Under the pieces are notes generated by a model. It was not told the DNA's origin. It saw only the letters and a list, made by a program, of their open reading frames with translations, and did not search any database. Source: Thermoplasmata archaeon (GTDB lineage Archaea; Thermoplasmatota; Thermoplasmata; Lutacidiplasmatales; UBA184). Taken from it: a DNA stretch of 64,000 nt. This document shows, one piece after another, positions 7,020 through 16,062 of this stretch (position 1 is the first letter of the stretch; each line of letters opens with the position of its first letter). The position numbers and the translations under genes are program-made. The stretch lies in the NCBI GenBank assembly GCA_022750435.1, contig JAKIVS010000009.1, forward strand, positions 6,909-70,908. The letters run 5' to 3'.

Positions 7020-9260
7020 GTGACCGCAGTTGTTTCGCTTGGCCGCCGCACCCGAACGTCCCGCTGGCGCCGCGCCTCCGCGCGCCGCAACCACCGCGGG
7101 GTCAGCGACGTCGTCGCGACGATCCTGCTCCTCGCCCTGACGGTGACGCTGTTCGCGTCCGTGTTCTTCTTCATCAACACGTTCCCGCGGCCCCCGCCGC
7201 AGCCGGCAAACCAGTTCTCGGCGACGCTGACCTACGGCCAGCTGAGCGGCGGGAAGATCCCGATCCTCGACGTCAACGTCCTCCACCTCGCCGGCCCCAC
7301 CATCGCGGGCCCGACGACCTCGCAGGTTGCGGTCTATCTCCAGTCCCAGGCGAAGCCGTCCGCCTTCGCGGCACCGTTTACGCTCGGATTCGGGCTCAAC
7401 GGTTCGTCGACCTGGTCGCTCGGCCAAACCTGGACGGGGAACATCACGAGCTACCTCCTCAAGGTCCCCGACAACGTCACGATCTCGATCATCTCGCAGT
7501 CGCAGCTCCTGTTCCGGATCACCCTCCCTGGTTCCAGCCCGAACACCCCCCCGATCTTCACCCAGGCCGGGGTCAACCCTGCCTCCCCGTCGGTCAGCGG
7601 GCCGTTCACGACGTACGTCGCGATCTCCGACCCGAACCTGAATACCGGCTCGGTGTTCGTCAACGTCTCGCAGGTCCCCGGCGTGACCGGTTCGGGTCTG
7701 GACCAGATGTCGTTCCTCCCGACGTCGGGCTTGTGGGTGTTTACCCTCGCCGGCGGCTCGAATTCCGCCGGTACGTTCTACGTCTTCGTCAACGCGACCG
7801 ATGGATCGGGCCTCCAGAACTCAATCGCCATCCCGGTGACGATCACCAACACCGGTGGGAGCGCCTCGGTCCTCCAGATCCAGGTCACCGCCGACAACAC
7901 GGCCCCCGTCAAGGGGACGGCCATCCAGCTCGAGGCGAGCGTCACCAACAACGGCGGGACGGCCAGCACGGTGCTCGTCCAGTTCTACGCGGGCGGCAAC
8001 ACCGTCGGCTCGGTCCAATCCCAGGGCCTCACCGCCGGCGGGACCGCGGTCTACACCCAATCCTGGACCCCCGCGACCGTCGGGGCGACGCCCATCCAGG
8101 CGCTCGCAACGACGACCGGAGCCTCGGCCGAGGGCGGGTTCTCGATCACCGTCTTCCCGAAGATCCTGTTCATCGCCCACGCCTACCCCGCCGGTTCCTT
8201 CCCGGTGTCGAACACCTCGGCGGACCTCGCCCAGAAGCTGACCGCCGACGGGTTCCCCTTCACCGAGATGGCCGTCGCCTGCGGCACGGCCCTGCCGTCC
8301 ACGGCGACGATGTCGGCCTACGCGGTGGTCATCATCGACTTCGGCAGCGCGACGGGACTCACCTGCAGCCAGGTCCCGCCGGGCGCGAGCGAGCAGACCA
8401 AGATCACCGGCGCCGCGACGACCACCAACTTCTGGCTGGTCGGCTCGAACGCGTTCACGGCCACCGCCTGCACGAGCTACTCCGCCGCGTTCCAGACCCA
8501 GTTCGGCCTCATGACGAGCGGCACCTGCACCACGTCGCACACGACGAGCTCCACGGCGACGTACACGGCCTCCGGGACGGCCCCCGACCTCCGCGCGGAC
8601 GGCCTTCCGGGCACGCTCGCCCTGACCGTGAACCAGACGTTCGCCGGTTCCGCGGCGTTCCAGCCGTACTTCGCGCTGACGGCCCAGGCGTCGGGCAAGA
8701 CGTGGCTGAAGGACTCGGGCAGCCACATCATCGGCCTCTACACCAACACGACGACGGACCACCAGCAGCTCGCCCTCGCGACCGACCCGGCCCTGATCAC
8801 CTCGCCGATCCCGGGTGGCCTCGTCGACGGCACCGCATCCGGCGCCTCCGCCGCGGTCGTCTACAACGCGGTCAACTTCCTGTGCGGTCTCTCGACCACC
8901 TCGAACCCCGGTCGCGGGCTCCCGGACTATGGGATCGCGGGCAGTACCCAGTTCCCCCTGAAGCATGGGCTCCCGTCCGAGTTCTTCGTCGCCGTGCGGG
9001 CGAATGGGCCGATCGGCGGCGCCGTCTTCGCGACGCTCTACGTCGGGGGCGCTCCGGCGTACTTCGGCGGCGCGCTCGTGACGGGCCAGGTCACCCTGAC
9101 GAGCAACGGCGCGTGGTCGTGGATCGTCCTCAACTGGACGGCCCCCGCCGCGGGCACCTACGCGCTGAGCCTCGGGCTGACGAGCGAGAACACGGACATG
9201 TACCTCGCCAACAACCTGCTGCCGCTCTCGTACTACAACAACCCCACGACGTTCACGTAA
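7020..9260 (+). CDS. Large archaeal type IV pilin-like (class III signal peptide, DUF1628-type N-domain) surface protein with CARDB-like domains
   Basis: Lies in ORF 6870..9260; I place the start at GTG 7020, downstream of the TATA-like box. RRNHRGVSDVVATILLLALTVTLFASVFFFI matches the archaeal prepilin/archaellin signal (basic n-region, R-G|V-S, hydrophobic helix). VTADNTAPVKGTAIQLEASVTNNGGTASTVLVQFYAGGNTVGSVQSQGLTAGGTAVYTQSWTP is CARDB-like, with a second such segment near the C-terminus. The protein is T/S/G/A-rich with many N-x-S/T sequons. Confidence 0.8.
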   Translation: MTAVVSLGRRTRTSRWRRASARRNHRGVSDVVATILLLALTVTLFASVFFFINTFPRPPPQPANQFSATLTYGQLSGGKIPILDVNVLHLAGPTIAGPTTSQVAVYLQSQAKPSAFAAPFTLGFGLNGSSTWSLGQTWTGNITSYLLKVPDNVTISIISQSQLLFRITLPGSSPNTPPIFTQAGVNPASPSVSGPFTTYVAISDPNLNTGSVFVNVSQVPGVTGSGLDQMSFLPTSGLWVFTLAGGSNSAGTFYVFVNATDGSGLQNSIAIPVTITNTGGSASVLQIQVTADNTAPVKGTAIQLEASVTNNGGTASTVLVQFYAGGNTVGSVQSQGLTAGGTAVYTQSWTPATVGATPIQALATTTGASAEGGFSITVFPKILFIAHAYPAGSFPVSNTSADLAQKLTADGFPFTEMAVACGTALPSTATMSAYAVVIIDFGSATGLTCSQVPPGASEQTKITGAATTTNFWLVGSNAFTATACTSYSAAFQTQFGLMTSGTCTTSHTTSSTATYTASGTAPDLRADGLPGTLALTVNQTFAGSAAFQPYFALTAQASGKTWLKDSGSHIIGLYTNTTTDHQQLALATDPALITSPIPGGLVDGTASGASAAVVYNAVNFLCGLSTTSNPGRGLPDYGIAGSTQFPLKHGLPSEFFVAVRANGPIGGAVFATLYVGGAPAYFGGALVTGQVTLTSNGAWSWIVLNWTAPAAGTYALSLGLTSENTDMYLANNLLPLSYYNNPTTFT

Positions 9261-9302
9261 GTCGCCCGGTCGAGGGCGCCGCGCCTGGAGGCCCCGGGGG
9301 GA

Positions 9303-10397
9303 TCAGACGGAGTCGCTGGAGAGCGGTTTGCTGGCTGCGGTCGGGAGCTTGGCCCCGCACTTCCAGCAGTTCGTCTCGTTGGGATAGACGACGGCCCCGC
9401 AGCTCGGACAGGCCGCCTCGGTCTTGGTCCCGGTGCCGCTCGGGGAGGGGGTTCCCCCCGGAGGAAGTCCGAGCGGGGTGAGCGGTGGGGGATTTCCCGA
9501 GGTCGGGGGGATCGTGCCCGAGCCGGCGCCGGCCCGCGCCGCCTTCTTCCGGGCCTCGCGGTTCTTCAGGAAGACGTAGACCAGCAGGCCCACGTAGAAC
9601 ACGATCCCGGGGTAGAACAGCACGTCCAGGATGGTTTGGGGCAGCAAGAGGTCGTAGGTTGAGAGCCACGTCCCAGTCACCGGGCCCTGGACGGCCCCGT
9701 ACGCGTTCGAGACGGACAGGAAGATCCACTGGTAGGTCGTGTTGGTCGAGTTCGTGGACGCGTTGAAGGTGACCGTCCTCGCGAGGAGGCCCATCTGCCA
9801 CCACCAGATGTTCGGCCCAGGCAGCGCGAGGTGGAAGTCGAGGTGCGCCGGGGACTCGGTGGTGTTGATGACGGACTGGTTGACGGGGTAGAACGGGTAT
9901 CCGTTGCCGCAGAAGGGGGAGGAGTTCCCGGTGGCGCCGGGACAGGTGCTGACGAACAGCTCGAGCGAGTAGGGGGTGGTATTGGCCGGAAGCCGCGCTG
10001 GGTACATGTCGACCGAGAAGTCGAACATCGTGCCCCCGGCGGCGTTGTAGGGGGACACGGTGGCGTTCGTCAGGACCGGTTGGCCGTTCGAGGTGTTGAG
10101 CGCGTCCGTCGCGGACGAGGCGAGGCCGCTCGGGATCATCGCTTGCGAGGTCAGCCCCCAATTGATTAGCGGTCCGGCGGCGAGGATCACGACGATTCCG
10201 AGGACCGCCAGCTGGCGCGGGGACTTCCAGCCGAGATAGATCGGGACCCCGAGCCCGAAGAGCAGGAACGTGGGGATGGCGAAGTACGGACCGAGGTAGT
10301 AGAACGAGAGCGCGAGGGTCAGAAGCGCCAATCCGCCGAGGGCAATCTTCCCGTACCGCGTGGCCACGAACGCCCGCAGTCCCGTCCCGCGCTGCAC
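9303..10397 (-). CDS. Polytopic membrane glycoprotein-like protein with C-terminal cytoplasmic zinc ribbon
   Basis: The ORF extends to TTG 10448, but I place the start at GTG 10397, which is ~29 nt downstream of the TATA box at 10422-10431. The protein has several N-terminal TM helices, a sequon-rich loop (NTS, NAT, NTT, NSS, NQS, NAS, NST...) and a last TM (VLFYPGIVFYVGLLVYVFL). The tail then ends in CPSCGAVVYPNETNCWKCG (CxxC-x10-CxxC). Confidence 0.75.
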   Translation of the reverse strand: MQRGTGLRAFVATRYGKIALGGLALLTLALSFYYLGPYFAIPTFLLFGLGVPIYLGWKSPRQLAVLGIVVILAAGPLINWGLTSQAMIPSGLASSATDALNTSNGQPVLTNATVSPYNAAGGTMFDFSVDMYPARLPANTTPYSLELFVSTCPGATGNSSPFCGNGYPFYPVNQSVINTTESPAHLDFHLALPGPNIWWWQMGLLARTVTFNASTNSTNTTYQWIFLSVSNAYGAVQGPVTGTWLSTYDLLLPQTILDVLFYPGIVFYVGLLVYVFLKNREARKKAARAGAGSGTIPPTSGNPPPLTPLGLPPGGTPSPSGTGTKTEAACPSCGAVVYPNETNCWKCGAKLPTAASKPLSSDSV

Positions 10398-10421
10398 GAT
10401 TCGGCGGTCGAGCGGGGCGCT

Positions 10422-10431
10422 CCATATAAGG
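10422..10431. promoter_or_regulatory. Single near-palindromic TATA box shared by divergent genes (10397 minus, apgM 10454 plus)
   Basis: CCATATAAGG has its centre ~28-29 nt from GTG 10397 on one strand and ~28 nt from ATG 10454 on the other. Confidence 0.5.
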
Positions 10432-10453
10432 AAACCCCGGGTCGCCAACGTCG

Positions 10454-11752
10454 ATGGCGGCGACGCGCTTCGCGCTCATCGTCCTCGACGGCTTGGGCGA
10501 CCGGCCGCACCCCGACACCGGGGGCCGCAGCCCCATCGAGGCGGCGGCGACCCCCAACCTCGACGCGCTCGTGGCGCGCGGGGCGATCGGCCTGGTCACC
10601 GTCGTGGGACCCGGGATCGCGCCGGAGTCCGACGCCGGCGTGTTCGCGTTGCTTGGCTACGACCCGGTCACCGACTCGCCGGGCCGGGGCGTCCTCGAGG
10701 CGCTCGGCGTCGGAATCACGCTCGCCGCCGGTGACGTGGCCCTTCGCCTCAATTTCGCCACGTCCGACGGCGCCGGGGCGATCCTCGATTCGAGGGTCGG
10801 GCGAACGCTGACGACCGAGCAGTCCCGGGCGCTGGCCGACAGCCTGACGCGGGCCGACCTGGTGGCCGACCAGAACGTCCACGCGGAGGTCCGGGCGACG
10901 GTCGGGCACCGGGGGGTGCTCTGGCTCCATCCGACGGACGGGCGGGCGTTGTCCTTCGAGATCTCGAACTCCGACCCGTTCTACGAGAAGGTCGGTGGGA
11001 TGGGCCAAGCCCGGACGGTCACCGAACCCCGTTCGCTGCCGATCCATCCCCTCGACGCGAGCGAGTCCGCCGCGCGAACGGCGCAGGTCCTCCAGGCGTT
11101 CCTCGACCGCGCCGGGGCGGTCCTCGCGGGTCATACGGTGAACGCCCGGCGGGCCATGGCGGGCCAGAAGGTGGCGAACGCGCTCCTCGTCCGGAACGCG
11201 GGCGGTGTGCCGGCGAAGCCCCCGAAGTCGTTCGAGGCGCTCCACGGACGTGCCGGGATCGCCGTCACCGAGATGCCCGTGGAACGCGGGATCGCCCGAT
11301 GCCTCGGCCTCGGCGACACCTTCGTTGGCCCGATGGGCGCCGACCGGGACGGAGGGTTTGCGGAGCGGGCCCGCGTCACCCTCGACGCTCTCCAGAAGGC
11401 ACCGTTCGTCTACCTGCACCTCAAGGGGCCCGACGAGCCCGGGCACGACGGCAATGCCCGGGCCAAGCAAGCCGTCGTCGAGGCGATCGACCGGTCGTTC
11501 TTCGGACCGTTCCTCGCCGGGGTCGATTGGGGGTCCACGCGCGTCGCCGTGACCGCGGACCACGCCACGCCCTGCATCCTCAAGGGTCACTCCGACGACC
11601 CAGTTCCCCTGATCCTCGCCGGAGCGGACGTTCCCGCGGCGCCCCCCTCCGGGAAGTTCGGCGAACCGCTGGCGGCCCGGGGCGCCCTCGGCAGTCACCG
11701 CGGCCGGGAGGTCGTCGACCTCCTCCTCGGCCGGTCGGTGGCCGGTCGATGA
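10454..11752 (+). CDS. apgM: 2,3-bisphosphoglycerate-independent phosphoglycerate mutase, archaeal type
   Basis: 432 aa. FALIVLDGLGDRPH, TPNLDALV, PESDAGVFALLGYDP, HLKGPDEPGHDG and TADHATPC follow the ApgM/alkaline-phosphatase-superfamily pattern. Confidence 0.9.
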   Translation: MAATRFALIVLDGLGDRPHPDTGGRSPIEAAATPNLDALVARGAIGLVTVVGPGIAPESDAGVFALLGYDPVTDSPGRGVLEALGVGITLAAGDVALRLNFATSDGAGAILDSRVGRTLTTEQSRALADSLTRADLVADQNVHAEVRATVGHRGVLWLHPTDGRALSFEISNSDPFYEKVGGMGQARTVTEPRSLPIHPLDASESAARTAQVLQAFLDRAGAVLAGHTVNARRAMAGQKVANALLVRNAGGVPAKPPKSFEALHGRAGIAVTEMPVERGIARCLGLGDTFVGPMGADRDGGFAERARVTLDALQKAPFVYLHLKGPDEPGHDGNARAKQAVVEAIDRSFFGPFLAGVDWGSTRVAVTADHATPCILKGHSDDPVPLILAGADVPAAPPSGKFGEPLAARGALGSHRGREVVDLLLGRSVAGR

Positions 11753-12771
11753 AGTCGCTCGCGGTCGCCGTGCCCCGACACGCGGCCGAGACCACGCGCC
11801 GTCGGTTGGTCGACGAGGGCCTGCTGCGCGACGACCTCGACGTGGGCCACGACGGCGTGCTGGTCCTGTTCCCGATTCTGCGCGCCCCGACGGAATCGCT
11901 CGCCGAGGGGACGGTCGAAGAACGCGAGTTCGCGTCGCGGGCCCCGGAGGGCGCGCAGTCGTACCGGGATCTCGTCGACGTTCCTCCGAACGTTCGGAAC
12001 GCCCTACCGCGTGCGTTCGACGTCGTCGGCGACGTGGTCCTCATCCGGCTTCCCGAGGAGCTTCGGCCCCACGGGGCGGCCGTCGGCACGGCGCTTCTCC
12101 AGTTCGTCCCGGGCGCCCGGCTCGTCGGACTCGACCTCGGGGTCCACGGCGAGGCTCGACTTCGTCGGCTGCTCCCCCTTGCCGGCGAGGGGACGTGGGC
12201 GACTCAGCATCGGGAGAACGGTCTGACGCTCGACGTCGACCTGGAGCGCGCGTACTTCTCCCCCCGCCTCGCACGCGAGCACGCCCTGGTCGCCGAGGAG
12301 GTCCGGGTCTCGGAGCGCGTCCTGGATTTCGCCTGCGGGGTAGGTCCGTTCGCCGCGCACATCGCCCGCGATGGACGGGCGCGCGAGGTCGTCGCGGTGG
12401 ACTCCAACCCGGTGGCCGTTGCCCTCGCGCAGGTCAACCTCGCACGGGCCGGACCGGGCGGGCGCGCGCGGGCCGTACTCGCCCCGATCGAGTCGTTCGC
12501 ACCCTCGGCCGGAGCGTGCGAACGCGCGATTCTCAATCTTCCTCACGGAGGGGTTAAGTACCTACCGTCGGTCGCAGCGACGGTGGCGCGCGGGGGCTCG
12601 CTCCACTTCTACGAATTGACCCACCGGGTCGACCCGGACCATCGCGAACAGGAGCTGGTGCGGATGCTCGAATCGTCGATTTCGGGACCTTGGACCGTCC
12701 CCGACCGGCACGTAGTCCACCCCTACTCGCCTGCCGAAGACCTGCTGGGCTACCGGTTCGAGCGGGCCTAG
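11749..12771 (+). CDS. trm5: tRNA (guanine37-N1)-methyltransferase Trm5 / Taw22-like class I SAM methyltransferase
   Basis: Inner part of ORF 11299..12771, starting at ATG 11749 (MKSLAVAVPRH...), which overlaps the apgM stop (ATGA). VLDFACGVGPFAAHIA, VVAVDSNP and ILNLPHGG are Trm5/Met-10+ motifs. Confidence 0.8.
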   Translation: MKSLAVAVPRHAAETTRRRLVDEGLLRDDLDVGHDGVLVLFPILRAPTESLAEGTVEEREFASRAPEGAQSYRDLVDVPPNVRNALPRAFDVVGDVVLIRLPEELRPHGAAVGTALLQFVPGARLVGLDLGVHGEARLRRLLPLAGEGTWATQHRENGLTLDVDLERAYFSPRLAREHALVAEEVRVSERVLDFACGVGPFAAHIARDGRAREVVAVDSNPVAVALAQVNLARAGPGGRARAVLAPIESFAPSAGACERAILNLPHGGVKYLPSVAATVARGGSLHFYELTHRVDPDHREQELVRMLESSISGPWTVPDRHVVHPYSPAEDLLGYRFERA

Positions 12772-12779
12772 GAGTTCCG

Positions 12780-15152
12780 ATGCCCCTCGTCGTGAACCTG
12801 GCGGACGTCTCCGACTCGGACCTGCCGCTCGTCGGGGGGAAGGCGAGCAAACTCGGCGAGGTCGTCCGGCAGGGTCTCCCGGTCCCTCCCGGGATCGTCG
12901 TGACCACCGACGCGTACCGCGCCTTCGTCGAGCAGACGACGGTCGGGACGATCCTCGAGGAGTCGCTGACGGCGCTCGACCTCTCCCAGGGGGAGGCCGT
13001 CGACGCGGCGTCGCGCCGGATCCGGGAAGCGTTCGAGTCGACGGCGTTCCCGCCCGCGCTCAAGGAGGCGATCGTCGCGGCGTACGAGAAGTTCAGTGCG
13101 GACGAGGGGATCCGGTTCGTCGCCGTTCGCTCTTCCGCGACCGCGGAGGACCTGGAAGGAGCGTCGTTCGCGGGACTGCAAGAGACGTACCTGAACATCC
13201 GGGGTACCGAGGCGGTCCTCGACGCGATCCGACGCTGCTGGGGCTCGCTGTTCACCCCGCGCGTCCTGATCTATCGCGCGAAGAAGGGGTTCGACCACCG
13301 GGCGGTCCGGCTCGCCGTGCTCGTCCAGAAGATGGTCGACTCGGTGGTGAGCGGCATCCTGTTCACCCGGGACCCGAACACCGGCGAGAACCACATGATC
13401 ATCGAGGCGGGCTTCGGCCTCGGCGAGGCGATCGTCGGGGGCGAGGTCACGCCGGACCACTACGTCGTGGACGGCGTCTCGCACCGGATCGTCGTCAAGC
13501 AGCTCAGCGACCAGGCGTTCCAGATCGTCCGCGCGGAGGAAGGCGGGAACAAACGGGTCGACCTTCCGGAGGTCGACCGGAAACGCCAGAAGCTCCCCGA
13601 TGAGAAGATCCACCGGCTCGCCTCGCTCGCGCGGGTCATCGAATCCCACTACCGCCGTCCGATGGACGTGGAGTGGTGCGCGGACGACCGGTCGCTCTAC
13701 ATCGTGCAAGCCCGCCCCGTCACCACCATTCCCGCGCTGGATGCGGGGAAGCCCCCGGGCTCTCCGACGCCGTCGAACGCGCCGTTCGGGGGTGCGCCGC
13801 CCAGCAGCGCCGACACGGAGCCGATCGTGCGGGGCTTCGGCGCGAGCCCGGGCATCGCCGGCGGCACCGCGCGTCTCTTGCGGACCTCGCAGGAGATGGA
13901 ACGCCTGAAGCCGGGCGAGATCCTGATCACGACGATGACCACGCCGGACATGGTCCCGGCGATGGCCCAGGCCGCCGGGATCGTCACCGACGAGGGCGGC
14001 ATCACGTGCCACGCCGCGATCGTCTCCCGCGAACTGGGGGTGCCGTGCGTCGTCGGGACCCGAACGGCCACCAAGATGATCCCCGACGGGGAGACCGTCA
14101 GCGTCGACGGGAAGGCCGGCGCCGTCTACCGCGGGCTTGCCTTCTCCAAGGCGGCGGCGACCGCGGCCGGTGCCGCGGCCTCCTCCTCGGGTGGTGGTCA
14201 CGGGGGCGGCTCCGACCACAGTCACGTCCCGGTCACCGCGACGAAGGTGTACGTCAACGTCGGCGTTCCGGAAAAAGCGGTCGAGTACGCCCGCCTCCCC
14301 GTCCAGGGCGTCGGCCTGATGCGGATCGAGTTCATCTTCACCGCCCACGTCCGCGACCACCCGCTCGCCCTCCTGAAGCAGGGGAAGCGGGACCAGCTCA
14401 TCGAACGCCTCGTCGAGGGGATCACGAAGGTCTGCCAGGCGTTCCATCCGCGCCCGGTGATCATCCGTACGTCCGACTTCAAGACGAACGAGTACCGCGG
14501 AATGCCGGGCGGCGAAGAGTTCGAGCCGCACGAGGAGAACCCGATGATCGGGTGGCGCGGCTGCTCGCGGTACATTTCCGAGATCTACAAGCCGGCGTTC
14601 CTCTGCGAGCTCGAGGCGATCCAGAAGGTCCGCGTCGAGAAGGGCCTGAAGAACGCGATGGTGATGCTCCCGTTCGTCCGCAACACCTGGGAGCTCGAGG
14701 AGATCGCCGGGATGATGCGCGAGAAGGGCCTCAAGCGCTCGCGCGATTTCCAGCTCTACCTGATGGCCGAGGTCCCCTCGACCGTCCTCTTGGCCCGGGA
14801 GTTCTCGCAGCATTGCGACGGATTCTCCATCGGCTCGAACGACCTGACCCAGCTCGTGCTCGGCGCCGACCGCGACTCGGAGACGCTGGGCCGGATGGGG
14901 TACTTCGACGAGCGCGACCCGGCGGTGAAGCGCGCGATCGAGCTGCTCATCGAGGGCGCCCACGCCGAGGGGCGCACGGTCGGGATCTGCGGTCAGGGGC
15001 CGAGCGTCTACCCCGAGTTCGCCGAGTTCCTCGTGCGGCAGGGGATCGACTCGATCAGTCTGAACGCCGACACCGTCGTGTCGACGATCCGGACGATCGC
15101 CTCGCTCGAGCAGCGCCTGAAGCTCGACGGCGTGCGGCGCGGCGCCGCGTAA
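12780..15152 (+). CDS. ppsA: Phosphoenolpyruvate synthase (pyruvate, water dikinase)
   Basis: Starts at ATG 12780 within ORF 12690..15152. LPLVGGKASKLGE, the VRSSATAEDLEGASFAGLQETYLN ATP-grasp region, the phospho-His loop GGITCHAAIVSRELGVPCVVG and the C-terminal PEP-utilising TIM domain (GSNDLTQL) are all present. Confidence 0.93.
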   Translation: MPLVVNLADVSDSDLPLVGGKASKLGEVVRQGLPVPPGIVVTTDAYRAFVEQTTVGTILEESLTALDLSQGEAVDAASRRIREAFESTAFPPALKEAIVAAYEKFSADEGIRFVAVRSSATAEDLEGASFAGLQETYLNIRGTEAVLDAIRRCWGSLFTPRVLIYRAKKGFDHRAVRLAVLVQKMVDSVVSGILFTRDPNTGENHMIIEAGFGLGEAIVGGEVTPDHYVVDGVSHRIVVKQLSDQAFQIVRAEEGGNKRVDLPEVDRKRQKLPDEKIHRLASLARVIESHYRRPMDVEWCADDRSLYIVQARPVTTIPALDAGKPPGSPTPSNAPFGGAPPSSADTEPIVRGFGASPGIAGGTARLLRTSQEMERLKPGEILITTMTTPDMVPAMAQAAGIVTDEGGITCHAAIVSRELGVPCVVGTRTATKMIPDGETVSVDGKAGAVYRGLAFSKAAATAAGAAASSSGGGHGGGSDHSHVPVTATKVYVNVGVPEKAVEYARLPVQGVGLMRIEFIFTAHVRDHPLALLKQGKRDQLIERLVEGITKVCQAFHPRPVIIRTSDFKTNEYRGMPGGEEFEPHEENPMIGWRGCSRYISEIYKPAFLCELEAIQKVRVEKGLKNAMVMLPFVRNTWELEEIAGMMREKGLKRSRDFQLYLMAEVPSTVLLAREFSQHCDGFSIGSNDLTQLVLGADRDSETLGRMGYFDERDPAVKRAIELLIEGAHAEGRTVGICGQGPSVYPEFAEFLVRQGIDSISLNADTVVSTIRTIASLEQRLKLDGVRRGAA

Positions 15153-15170
15153 TCGGACCCGCCGGGCCCG

Positions 15171-16019
15171 CTAGTGGGCCGGGCGAGGCGGTCGCCATCG
15201 GGGCGGCTGCGGAGGCCCCGGGTCGGGAAGGGTCAACGCGGCGTCGGGGGGCAGCTCGTACTCCCGGAAGCGTCGGAGGACCGTGAACCCGAGCCCCTCG
15301 AGGGGCCGGATCGCCTTCGGGGAGTCGGAGGCGAGGACGACGGCGCCCGACGTTCGAACCTCCGGCACACCGGAAGCGAACGCGACCAGCGAAGTCGCCA
15401 CGCCGCGGCCCCGCGCCCCGGGGACCGTCGCCACTCCGTGGAGTCCGGCCACGCCGTCGTGCTCGTACACGACGGCTCCGCCGACGGAGGCCCCCTCGTC
15501 TTCGGCGAGAAGAGGGAGGAACCGGTCCCCGGGGTTCGGGTGGTTCCACGCGACGTCGAGGGACCGGCGAAACTCCGAGTGCTCTCGTTCCCCGGTCCAC
15601 AGCCCGACGATGGCGTCCAAGTCGTCCTCCCCGGCTTGCCGCACGACGAGACCCCGGCTCGCGGCCTCCGTGGCCCGGGGGCGCGCCCAGAGCACGGTGT
15701 ACGGCGCCGCGCGCGCCCGGAACGAGAATCGTCGCAGTCCGGCGTCGAGGTGGTCCGGCACCGGTTCGGGAATCCGGAACGTCGGTCGGAGCGCGCGCTG
15801 GAAGTAGTGGTCGAGGGCTCGCTCGAAGAACGCCGTCTGGCGGTCGGGTCCCACGGCGCCGACCAGCACGTGGTTGAATCGTGGGACCGGAATCCGCTCG
15901 TGCGTGACGAGGGAGGCGCCGGCGACCTCCAGCGCAAACCCGCCGAGGGCGAGCACGAACGCCCGGTCGAACGCGGCGGCGCGGTCCCCGAACTCGGGAG
16001 CCGGCGTCGAGCGGTCCAT
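15171..16019 (-). CDS. GNAT-family N-acetyltransferase
   Basis: 282 aa. The C-terminal half has the acetyl-CoA motif A pattern GVATVPGARGRGVATSLV and GFTV. Confidence 0.7.
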   Translation of the reverse strand: MDRSTPAPEFGDRAAAFDRAFVLALGGFALEVAGASLVTHERIPVPRFNHVLVGAVGPDRQTAFFERALDHYFQRALRPTFRIPEPVPDHLDAGLRRFSFRARAAPYTVLWARPRATEAASRGLVVRQAGEDDLDAIVGLWTGEREHSEFRRSLDVAWNHPNPGDRFLPLLAEDEGASVGGAVVYEHDGVAGLHGVATVPGARGRGVATSLVAFASGVPEVRTSGAVVLASDSPKAIRPLEGLGFTVLRRFREYELPPDAALTLPDPGPPQPPRWRPPRPAH

Positions 16020-16062
16020 TCGGGGGCTGAGCCGACGGTGGGTACTTCAGGTCTCCGCGAGG

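Noticed and set aside
5952-7427. 491-aa minus-strand ORF spanning the 5921-6395 gap and the 5' end of the pilin-like gene
   Set aside because: It has Arg-rich junk composition. It overlaps two plus-strand genes that have clear signal/TM features and a TATA box.
12768-14963. 731-aa ORF antisense to ppsA
   Set aside because: ppsA is unambiguous on the plus strand. The antisense product is R/D/G/H-rich low-complexity sequence.
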